IMG/VR virus record: IMGVR_UViG_3300030109_001059
Location: 1-56,885 of that record
Reading direction: 5' to 3' (one strand)
DNA: 56,885 bases
Origin: a virus
Taxonomy: Duplodnaviria; Caudoviricetes
The notes beneath the pieces are model-generated. The model did no database searches. It had not been told where the DNA came from and saw nothing but the letters and a program-made list of their open reading frames with translations. Below are positions 47,101 through 55,410 of the stretch, piece after piece (position 1 is the first letter of the stretch; the number at the start of each line of letters is the position of its first letter). The position numbers were made by a program, and so were the translations under genes.

Positions 47101-47768
47101 GTTTAGAGGTTTGGGCAGAGCCAAAAATACGTTCGGCGTATGTTATGGGCGTTGATACTGCTGAGGGTCTAAAACATGGTGATTATTCGTGTATTCAAGT
47201 GCTTGATATTGGAACTGGCGAACAAGCAGCTATATGGCATGGCCATATAGCGCCTGATCTATTGGCTGAAGATGTTCTAGCGGTAGGGTTATGGTACAAC
47301 GATGCTTTGTGTTGCGTTGAATCTAACAATCATGGTCTTACAACGATAACAGAATTACGTCATCTTGGTTATCCTAATTTATTTAGGCGTAGGCAATTAA
47401 ACAATGTTAACAACAGGATTGGCCAAGAGTACGGTTGGAAAACTACACGAACGTCTAAACCATTAATGATTGACGATTTGAGTTCTGCTTTGCGGAACTG
47501 GGAACTTCAAATTAACGACAAGCATACTGTAGCTGAATTAAGAACTTTTACTAGAAATGAGCGCGGGTCAATGTCTGGTTCTCCTTATGATGACCGTGTT
47601 ATGGCCCTTGCTTTAGCTAACCAAATGAGGAAATACGCTTATGAACCTGAATACGCCCCGCAAGTTGATGACTATTGGACTGTTGATTGGTTTGCTCGTT
47701 TGGGTAATGATGCTCCTGCGGAAAATCCGCATCAAATAGGTGTTCACAATGTTCGTGGGACACTGTAG
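47097..47768 (+). CDS. terL: Terminase large subunit, RNase H-like nuclease part (separate ORF)
   Basis: YVMGVDTAEG..GDYS, VESNNHG, YDDRVMALAL. Confidence 0.85.
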   Translation: MSLEVWAEPKIRSAYVMGVDTAEGLKHGDYSCIQVLDIGTGEQAAIWHGHIAPDLLAEDVLAVGLWYNDALCCVESNNHGLTTITELRHLGYPNLFRRRQLNNVNNRIGQEYGWKTTRTSKPLMIDDLSSALRNWELQINDKHTVAELRTFTRNERGSMSGSPYDDRVMALALANQMRKYAYEPEYAPQVDDYWTVDWFARLGNDAPAENPHQIGVHNVRGTL

Positions 47769-47780
47769 GTTGTTTATAGA
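47756..47780 (+). promoter_or_regulatory. Putative late promoter TGGGACA-N12-TATAGA (copy 4)
   Basis: Exact spacing; separate from the downstream RBS. Confidence 0.65.
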
Positions 47781-47806
47781 GCATATGTATACATGGAAGG
47801 TGCTTA

Positions 47807-48091
47807 ATGGCAAGTAAATTTGTATCTCACACGAGTGCATCACAAACAGTTGACGGGAAATCAGGGAAAAACAACAAAATGGAACGTGGTTCCAGTGTTG
47901 TTGCAAACCCTATTTGGGAACCACATGGTCCTCAAAGCCCTAAACAACGTTTTGATGGCGGAAAAATCAGTAACCAATCGACTGATAAGGGTCACACCTC
48001 AGTTCGTGAAACGCCGAAAAACCAGCATGGTATTTCTGGCAAGGTAGAACCCGCACACAAACAACCACATTACAAAGGACATAACGCTTAA
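47807..48091 (+). CDS. Basic hypothetical protein
   Basis: GGAAGG RBS. Confidence 0.55.
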   Translation: MASKFVSHTSASQTVDGKSGKNNKMERGSSVVANPIWEPHGPQSPKQRFDGGKISNQSTDKGHTSVRETPKNQHGISGKVEPAHKQPHYKGHNA

Positions 48092-48093
48092 AT

Positions 48094-48351
48094 ATGGCGA
48101 TCTTGCCCAGAGGGGCAAGCTACGAAGAATTTGTAGAATACGTTACTAATTTGCGTGGCGAAGTCCCTGAAGAAGAACTGAAGGAACTGTACGAACGCCG
48201 TTTAAAGCTTCATGGTATTACTTTTGATACGAAGCGTGGTTGGAGAGCAGTTGCTCTTGCTCCTGACGAGCAAGACTTAACTAATCGAGAACGTGAACAG
48301 AAGATAGTTTCTGAAGCTAAAGCTCAGGGCAGAAACATAGCAAGGGTTTAA
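48094..48351 (+). CDS. Hypothetical protein
   Basis: 85 aa, immediately before the portal. Confidence 0.55.
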   Translation: MAILPRGASYEEFVEYVTNLRGEVPEEELKELYERRLKLHGITFDTKRGWRAVALAPDEQDLTNREREQKIVSEAKAQGRNIARV

Positions 48352-48352
48352 T

Positions 48353-50254
48353 ATGGCTAAAAAAACTCGCCAAGAACTTCTTGACGATGCTCAAGAAAGA
48401 GTTCGTAAATGTAAACAATGGCGTGAATCAGAAAGCCTTGACCACACTTGGCGTAGACTCAATGACCTGTATCGCGGGAAACATTTCCCTGCTAGTAGTG
48501 TAAATAAACAAGATTTAATCTCTGTAAATTTAGCTTTTTCAACAGTTAACGTAATAGCGCCTTCCGTAGCTGTTAACTACCCTAAGATCGTTGTACAAGC
48601 TAACAAACCAGAAGATAGAGATAGAGCTGTTTTTGTAGAAGCTGTTATTAACCACTTGTGGAAACACCATGATTTCCGAACCCCATTTAGAAGAGCTGTT
48701 AAAGATTTTCTTATCTTTGGTCATGGTTGGGTAAAGGTTGGTTGGAAGTTCGTTGAGCAAGAACAAACAGTTACTGATAATGAAAGAGACGGCATTATCC
48801 AGCAAGCTTTAGATGAAGTGAAAATGTTTGCTCAGGACAACCCTGAAGAAGCACTTCAACTACCTACAGATGCAGAAATTGTCGCTAATGTGCCTGAAAC
48901 TATCATGCGAGTTGTTGAAGATCAGCCTTTCGTTGAACGGGTAAGCCCATTTGATGTATACGTTGACCCTGAAGCTACTTGTTTGGAAGATGCTAAGTGG
49001 ATTGCCCAGCGAGTAATACGTCCTCTTGCTATGGCAAAAGAGGATAAACGCTACAAGCCAGCAGCTCGGAAAAGATTGAATCTTTCTAACGTAGAATCTG
49101 AACTTCGTTATACGGCTGCGGAAGACGATAAGCGCCAATATGTAGATGAACGTGTTGTTATTTGGGAATACTACGATGTTGCAGCTAACACTCTTTCTGT
49201 ATATGCAGAAGATGGGGATGAATTTCTTATAGACCCCATACAAATGCCTTACGCATACGGTCAACCGTTTGTCATGATACGAAATTATGATGTTCCTGAC
49301 CAATTCTACCCAATGGGAGATCTAGAAGCGTTAGAGCCTCTACAGCTAGAACTTGATAAAACTCGTAGCCAACTAATGAACGACAGAAAAAGGTATGCTC
49401 GTAAATACTTATACCACGAAAGATCGTTTGGTCCTGAAGGTCGTGAAGCTCTTGAATCTGAAGATGATGGCCGTTTAGTCCCTGTTGTGGACGAAAATAA
49501 ACCTTTGTCAGAGGTCGTTATGCCTATGCCTCAGGTCCCTGTATCCCCTGAAATATATAATTATTCTCAAATTATTGAAAATGACATTAATACTGTTTCA
49601 GGTATTTCAGAATATGCACGAGGTGCTATGCCTGAAGTGCGCCGTACAGCTACTGAAGCTTCTATTGTTGCTGACGCTCAAAATGCACGCTCAGCAGACA
49701 AATTGGCAATAGTTGAAATTTCTACTTCTTTAGTAGCTAGACGAGTTGTCCAGCTTATGCAGCAATTTATGACTGGTGAGCAGATGGCTCGTGTGGCTAT
49801 GAAAGGTGGCGATTCTGTATTTGTGCCGTACACCCGTGAGGAAATTGTGGGCGAGTACGATTACAGCGTTCAAGCTGGTTCTACACAACCGATGAATGAA
49901 ACTATAAGAAAGCAGCAAGCTATTTCCTTGATGAACGCTGTTGCTCCTTTGGTTGGAACAGTAATAGACCCTGCTGCTTTAGCAATGCACGTTTTGGAGT
50001 TTGGATTTGGGATACAAGATCCTGATAAATTCTTAATGCAACAACCTCCTCCTCAAATGATGGGCGAAGAAGAAGCACCACCCGAAGAGGGTGGTGTTCC
50101 CCCTGAAATGATGGGTTCTGGGCCACCAATTCCTGCTGAGATGATGGGTGGGGTTCCTCCTAGTCCTGAATTATTTGCCCCTACGGGCGGTATTCCTCCT
50201 GAAATACTGGCTCAACTACAAAATCAGATGGGACTACAGCTTCCATCCTTGTAG
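48353..50254 (+). CDS. Portal protein, module B
   Basis: 633 aa; GHGWVKVGW, VERVSPFDVYVDPEA, RRTATEA; M/P/Q-rich tail. Confidence 0.85.
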   Translation: MAKKTRQELLDDAQERVRKCKQWRESESLDHTWRRLNDLYRGKHFPASSVNKQDLISVNLAFSTVNVIAPSVAVNYPKIVVQANKPEDRDRAVFVEAVINHLWKHHDFRTPFRRAVKDFLIFGHGWVKVGWKFVEQEQTVTDNERDGIIQQALDEVKMFAQDNPEEALQLPTDAEIVANVPETIMRVVEDQPFVERVSPFDVYVDPEATCLEDAKWIAQRVIRPLAMAKEDKRYKPAARKRLNLSNVESELRYTAAEDDKRQYVDERVVIWEYYDVAANTLSVYAEDGDEFLIDPIQMPYAYGQPFVMIRNYDVPDQFYPMGDLEALEPLQLELDKTRSQLMNDRKRYARKYLYHERSFGPEGREALESEDDGRLVPVVDENKPLSEVVMPMPQVPVSPEIYNYSQIIENDINTVSGISEYARGAMPEVRRTATEASIVADAQNARSADKLAIVEISTSLVARRVVQLMQQFMTGEQMARVAMKGGDSVFVPYTREEIVGEYDYSVQAGSTQPMNETIRKQQAISLMNAVAPLVGTVIDPAALAMHVLEFGFGIQDPDKFLMQQPPPQMMGEEEAPPEEGGVPPEMMGSGPPIPAEMMGGVPPSPELFAPTGGIPPEILAQLQNQMGLQLPSL

Positions 50255-50258
50255 TTTT

Positions 50259-50283
50259 TGGGACACTGTGATTAACTTATAGG
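50259..50283 (+). promoter_or_regulatory. Putative late promoter TGGGACA-N12-TATAGG (copy 5) before scaffold/capsid
   Basis: Exact spacing; separate from the AGGAGG RBS near 50307. Confidence 0.65.
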
Positions 50284-50319
50284 AACAACTTATTCACTGA
50301 GACTCCTAGGAGGGCAATT

Positions 50320-51072
50320 GTGCCTGAAGAAACAGAAGCCATAGAACCCACTCAAGAAGTGGACAACCTTGAAACTTCAACAGAAGTACCAGAGGAACCT
50401 GCATATACTGTCAAAGTAGATGGTGAGGAAGAGCAGGTCACCCTTGAAGAACTTCAACAAGGTTACCAAAGGCAAGCGGATTATACCCGTAAAACGCAAG
50501 AGGTAGCTGCTGAACGTGAAAGACTGCAACAAGCAGAGCAGATTGTATCGGCTCTGGAAGCAGATCCTGAAGGTACGCTTCAAACTTTGATGCGTTCATT
50601 CAATGTAGATTTAACACCGCCCTCGCGAGAGGAACAGCGTGAATTGGCTGAAGAGTGGGATTCTATGGATGAAACTGAACGTAAAGTGATAATGCTTGAA
50701 CAAAGATTAGCGGACCAAGATCAGAGATTTGCCCAACAGGAACAGGTTCAAAGGGTTCAGCGAATAGAGCGTGAAGTTAATTCTTTACAAGAAAAATACG
50801 GAGAGTTCGACGGAAAAGAACTTGTCAATCATGCCATCAAGCATCGTATCCCTAATTTGGATGCAGCATATGCTCACTGGCGTTTCAACGATGTTAAATC
50901 TGTTGCGGATAAATTAACGCAAGATCAAGAAATAACATCTAAAAAACGAGACGCTTCGGTTGTTACAACTGGTGGTTCAAGTCAAGCAACTGGTGATGTT
51001 GAATCAACTCCTCAAGTTTCAAGTCTTAGAGACGCTTTCGCTTTAGCCAAAAAACAATTAAGCAACAATTAA
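50320..51072 (+). CDS. Capsid scaffolding protein, module B
   Basis: YTVKVDGEEEQVTLEEL..GYQRQADYTRKTQE scaffold motif, coiled coil. Confidence 0.8.
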   Translation: MPEETEAIEPTQEVDNLETSTEVPEEPAYTVKVDGEEEQVTLEELQQGYQRQADYTRKTQEVAAERERLQQAEQIVSALEADPEGTLQTLMRSFNVDLTPPSREEQRELAEEWDSMDETERKVIMLEQRLADQDQRFAQQEQVQRVQRIEREVNSLQEKYGEFDGKELVNHAIKHRIPNLDAAYAHWRFNDVKSVADKLTQDQEITSKKRDASVVTTGGSSQATGDVESTPQVSSLRDAFALAKKQLSNN

Positions 51073-51091
51073 CCTCTAAGGAGATAAGAAT

Positions 51092-52054
51092 ATGGCTGGT
51101 AACAGCAATTTTGATGAGATTCTTACCACCACCTTAAATAACTATGTTCCTAAATTGGTTGACAACATTTTCACAGCTAGGCCTCTGTTCTATGCTTTGA
51201 CAAATGGTCAAACAATTCGGCGCATCAACGGTGGTGCTAAGATAGTTGTTCCTGTAATTTATGGAACGAACTCAACCGCTTCTTCTTACAGTGGGACAGA
51301 TTCAATTTCTACGACTGCTCAGACAGGCATTTCAGCCGCTGAGTACAACTGGAAACAGTATGCTGCCACTGTAACCATCAACGGCTTGGAAGAAGCCAAA
51401 AACAATGGTGAGGCACAAATCATTGACCTTCTCGAAGGCAAGATTTTCCAAACCCAAGAAACAATTATTGAAAACATGAACGCAATGTTCTATGCAGACG
51501 GAAATGGCAACAGCCAAAAAGACTGGATGGGCATTGGCGGTATTGTTGGAACAGGCAACGATGGCGGTGGCGCAGCAGCCATTGGTAACATCGATGCTTC
51601 TGGTTCTAACAACACATGGTGGAGATCATCAGTTACTAACGTAGGTGGTGCTCTAACCGTGGCTGGCATGGCAACCATGTACAACAATGTTTCTGTAGGT
51701 AACGATCAGCCAACGATCATCATTACTGACCAAGACGAATACGAAAAGTATGAGTCTCTTCTCACTGACCAAATTCGGTACACAGATACCGATATGGCCG
51801 ACAGTGGGTTTCAGAACCTTCTATTCAAGGGTGCGCCTGTAACGTTTGATGCTGATTCAAACCTTGACGGCAAAATGTACTTCTTGAACACGAAGTATCT
51901 ACAACTCGTTGCACATAGCGATGTTTGGTTTAAGCCAACACCGTTTGTACGACCAACCAACCAAGACGCTGTGTTCTCACAGATTCTTTGTTACGGTGAG
52001 CTAACCACAAGCAACAGAGCGCGCCAAGGTGTGCTTGTTGGTCTAACCGACTAA
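51092..52054 (+). CDS. Major capsid protein, module B
   Basis: 320 aa after the scaffold; LVDNIF, AEYNWKQY, GFQNLLFKG, MYFLNT, CYGELTTSNRARQG; AAGGAG RBS. Confidence 0.85.
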   Translation: MAGNSNFDEILTTTLNNYVPKLVDNIFTARPLFYALTNGQTIRRINGGAKIVVPVIYGTNSTASSYSGTDSISTTAQTGISAAEYNWKQYAATVTINGLEEAKNNGEAQIIDLLEGKIFQTQETIIENMNAMFYADGNGNSQKDWMGIGGIVGTGNDGGGAAAIGNIDASGSNNTWWRSSVTNVGGALTVAGMATMYNNVSVGNDQPTIIITDQDEYEKYESLLTDQIRYTDTDMADSGFQNLLFKGAPVTFDADSNLDGKMYFLNTKYLQLVAHSDVWFKPTPFVRPTNQDAVFSQILCYGELTTSNRARQGVLVGLTD

Positions 52055-52061
52055 GTTGCTG

Positions 52062-52313
52062 ATGGGTAGAGAATACGCTTACGCATACAAATCAAACGCA
52101 AAACCTTATGGGCAGCCTAAGGATAACTTTCACGAAAGTACTCCTCGGCCTGAAAGCGTAGGTTTGAAAAGAAATGTTCGTCGAGTTATGGACACTAGCG
52201 TAGCCGTTGCATCCCCTGAAGTTAGCAAATGCAGTGCGCTAACCCGAAGTGGGGAACCCTGTAAAGGGCGACCTGCTTCGGGTAGCGATCTGTGTAACTT
52301 CCACAGGAAGTAA
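52062..52313 (+). CDS. Small protein with C-terminal CCCH zinc finger
   Basis: CSALTRSGEPCKG...CNFH. Confidence 0.55.
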   Translation: MGREYAYAYKSNAKPYGQPKDNFHESTPRPESVGLKRNVRRVMDTSVAVASPEVSKCSALTRSGEPCKGRPASGSDLCNFHRK

Positions 52314-52315
52314 CT

Positions 52316-53020
52316 ATGCAAATATCCGAAATGCGAACGTACATTAGAGGAATACTGGATATAGATTCCACGGATATTTCAGACGATATTCTTAATCGTT
52401 TTATAGGTGAAGGCTACGATCAAGTTGTTTATTCTGAGAAACGTTGGCCTTTTTACGAAGTCGAAAAAACTTTCAGCACTGTAGCTGCCACTAAGGACTA
52501 TGACCTTAAAACAGATGGGGCTGTTTTTACTTCAGGTTTGCGTGATGTTGCTGCCTTAAGAACAGATGACCATGTGCTTTCATACATAGGTCGCGACGAT
52601 GGCGACGTGGTGTATCCCCTAGATAGTAATTCAACTGGGGATGTATGGTATTTCTCATACTGGGCTGAAAAAGTGCGTTTATACCCAACGCCGTCTTCTG
52701 TTCAAACCATTTATGTTAGGGGATACGGTAAGCCAAGTGCTTTTGGCGCTGGGAGTGTTGATACTGCGACCCCTTCAGATTTTGATGAACCTTTTCATAT
52801 CCTATTCGCTACTTACGCAATAGCTCGTGCTTATGAACAGCAAGAAGACCCTGAAATGGCCCAACAGTACTATACAATCTTTGCTAGAGAGCTAGATAAT
52901 CTTAGAGCTAGATTTTTAGATGTTCCCGCGCCTCAACCGCTTGTCTTAAATTCTAGAAGCGCTTCTCGTTGGCGTTCACAAAGTATTTTACCTGACAGAC
53001 TACGTTATAGCTGGGAGTAG
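52316..53020 (+). CDS. Head-tail adaptor / tail tubular protein A-like
   Basis: Position after the capsid; WPF, RLYPTP and FHILF motifs. Confidence 0.65.
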   Translation: MQISEMRTYIRGILDIDSTDISDDILNRFIGEGYDQVVYSEKRWPFYEVEKTFSTVAATKDYDLKTDGAVFTSGLRDVAALRTDDHVLSYIGRDDGDVVYPLDSNSTGDVWYFSYWAEKVRLYPTPSSVQTIYVRGYGKPSAFGAGSVDTATPSDFDEPFHILFATYAIARAYEQQEDPEMAQQYYTIFARELDNLRARFLDVPAPQPLVLNSRSASRWRSQSILPDRLRYSWE

Positions 53021-53023
53021 CCG

Positions 53024-54616
53024 ATGGCTAAAGAAGGCTATAAAACGCAAGTCTTAGAAAGTTTCTCAGGTGGGTTGAATTACAGAACCGATCAATTCAA
53101 TCTTGCCCCTAACGAATCACCTGATATGTTAAACGTTGACATTGACCCTCGTGGAGGTGTCAAGTTACGCAAAGGGGTTGCAGCAGTAAATTCAACGCAG
53201 GTTAGTTCTTCTAAGGAAATTATTGGGTTGGGTTCTTTTTTTACTGATTCTGGGACTTCTCATATTGTTGGCAATTACGGTACTGCGGTTGCGTACAGTA
53301 CAGGTGGAAATTTTACAACAATTTCTAGTGGGATTACGGCAAGGACTGATGGTTCTCGCATGTATGGCATGACGATGAACAACGTGTTTTATGGCGTGTC
53401 TGGAGATGTTGTTTCTTTTAAATGGGATGGTTCTAGCGGGGCTGATCTTGGAGTTAATTTAAATGGTTCTGCTGGGAATTATCCTATCGCCCAGTACACG
53501 GCGTTCTGGAATAACTTTGCATGGGCTGCTAAAACTCGTGAAGATGGAACTTACGAAAATTCTAGGGTTCGTTGGTCTAACGCTAACTTCCCTGAAAAAT
53601 GGACAGCAAATGACTATGTAGACATAGACGTTGGAGAACGTGGTGACTATATCACTGGGCTTCTTCCGCTTTCTGATCGTTTACTTGTTTTTAAGAACAA
53701 CAGTATTCATGCTATTTATGGTTTTGATTCTGATACTTTTCAAGTAGTTGCTTTGTCTCGTGACGTTGGTTCTGTTGCGTTGTCTTCTCCTGTATCCACA
53801 CCGTATGGGGTGTTTTTCTGGTATGGGCGTGAAGGAATAATGTTGTATGACGGTCAGCAATTTACTAATGTGTTTGAAAAACTGAAGCCTGCTATAGACA
53901 ATGGAAGAATTAGTTTTACGACAGCTCCTCAGTTGGCTTGGTTTGAAAATCGTTTATATGTTTCTGTAGACATGCTGAAATACTATGAAACAGGTACGAC
54001 TCGTTCGCGTCATGTGTTTGTATATGATCCTTCGATACGTTCGTGGGCAGCAACAGATATTAACGCTGCGACGTTACATGTTCATAGCGCTCCTACTGCG
54101 CTTCCTTTGCTTTTAGGAGCTTCCCAATTCTCTGGTTCTGGAGATAAGGGTCGTGTCGTTAAGTTGGAACAATCTAGAACTACGGACAGTTACAACGGTA
54201 GCGCTTCTACACGCATTAACTCATTTTTTACTACTCCTTGGATTTCTGGGAAAAATCCTGTTGTGAAAAAACGGTGGGGTAAACCTCAGGTAGTTATGGA
54301 TGCTGCTGCTACCCAAACTATGGAAATTGATGTGTATTCTGATTTTGATAAAGCTTCTACTAGCAAAACTGTGTATTTAAATGTTTCTGGTAGGGATTCT
54401 ACTTACACTTGGGAAACTGATGATACTGGCACAGGTAGTCTTTGGGGAACAGCTACTTGGTCTTCTGAAGCTGCTTCTAGCATTACTGATGTTGTTCGTT
54501 TACAAAGCTTAGGTTTATCTAAATCTGTAGCTTTAAAAATTAAGGGTCCTTCTCAATCTGTTGATTGGGAAATTAATGGAATTATGTTTACTTACAAACC
54601 AAGGAGATTACGCTAA
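53024..54616 (+). CDS. Tail nozzle / tubular protein B-like (beta-propeller)
   Basis: FSGGLN...ESPDMLNVD, RVRWS...PEKW, LLVFK; 530 aa. Confidence 0.7.
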   Translation: MAKEGYKTQVLESFSGGLNYRTDQFNLAPNESPDMLNVDIDPRGGVKLRKGVAAVNSTQVSSSKEIIGLGSFFTDSGTSHIVGNYGTAVAYSTGGNFTTISSGITARTDGSRMYGMTMNNVFYGVSGDVVSFKWDGSSGADLGVNLNGSAGNYPIAQYTAFWNNFAWAAKTREDGTYENSRVRWSNANFPEKWTANDYVDIDVGERGDYITGLLPLSDRLLVFKNNSIHAIYGFDSDTFQVVALSRDVGSVALSSPVSTPYGVFFWYGREGIMLYDGQQFTNVFEKLKPAIDNGRISFTTAPQLAWFENRLYVSVDMLKYYETGTTRSRHVFVYDPSIRSWAATDINAATLHVHSAPTALPLLLGASQFSGSGDKGRVVKLEQSRTTDSYNGSASTRINSFFTTPWISGKNPVVKKRWGKPQVVMDAAATQTMEIDVYSDFDKASTSKTVYLNVSGRDSTYTWETDDTGTGSLWGTATWSSEAASSITDVVRLQSLGLSKSVALKIKGPSQSVDWEINGIMFTYKPRRLR

Positions 54617-55410
54617 TGGCTGGAACATTATCTATTACAAATGACAATTTTCAGGCTGGCACTGCAATAGTTGCTTCTGAAATGAATACTAACTTTACTG
54701 AGGTTGAGAACTATATCAATAATAGTATGCCTTCTTTGGGGACAGCATCTGTGTTTACTGCTGCTGTTACTTGCAATGCTGGTTTTACTTCTACAACGGT
54801 AACAACTTCAGGCGAGTTAAAAGTACAAGACCAAGCATGCATAAGAGACGACGCAACCCCTGCAACGATAACTGATAGGTTACTTACGCTTCGGACACAA
54901 ACTTCAGGTATGGTTCCGTTGTTAGCGTTGGCAGAAACTGCTGTTTCTGGCACTACGCCAGTAGCTGGAATCTTTATGATAGGCACTGACGGTGATGGCA
55001 CTAATCCTGATACTAACGATTATTGGCTTTTGTTTCGGAAGGGAAATGGCGACACTATTGGTTCTGTCCGAGGGACTGGATCTAACACTGTTAATTTTGA
55101 AACATCTTCAGATCAAACGTTAAAAAATGATCTTGGGGTTGTTACCGAAGCTTCTTCTGTCATTGATGCTTTACAAGTTCATAAATTTACTTGGAAAGAC
55201 GCTGACAGCAAAGTTGGTGAACACATAGGTTTATTCGCTCAAGAAGCTATTGAAGTTCTACCTTATGGAATAGTTTCTCCAGCAAGCACACGAACAGAAG
55301 ATGGCAAAGAAATGTATATTCCTGCTGGTATTGACTATTCCAAGATCGTTCCTTTTTTAATTGCTGAGATTCAAAGCTTGCGGGCTAGGGTCGCTGCTGT
55401 GGAGGGCTAG
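54616..55410 (+). CDS. Tail fibre with S74-like intramolecular chaperone
   Basis: ASEMNTNF N-terminus; SDQTLKND...GLFAQE...[17 protein letters not shown]. Confidence 0.75.
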   Translation: MAGTLSITNDNFQAGTAIVASEMNTNFTEVENYINNSMPSLGTASVFTAAVTCNAGFTSTTVTTSGELKVQDQACIRDDATPATITDRLLTLRTQTSGMVPLLALAETAVSGTTPVAGIFMIGTDGDGTNPDTNDYWLLFRKGNGDTIGSVRGTGSNTVNFETSSDQTLKNDLGVVTEASSVIDALQVHKFTWKDADSKVGEHIGLFAQEAIEVLPYGIVSPASTRTEDGKEMYIPAGIDYSKIVPFLIAEIQSLRARVAAVEG

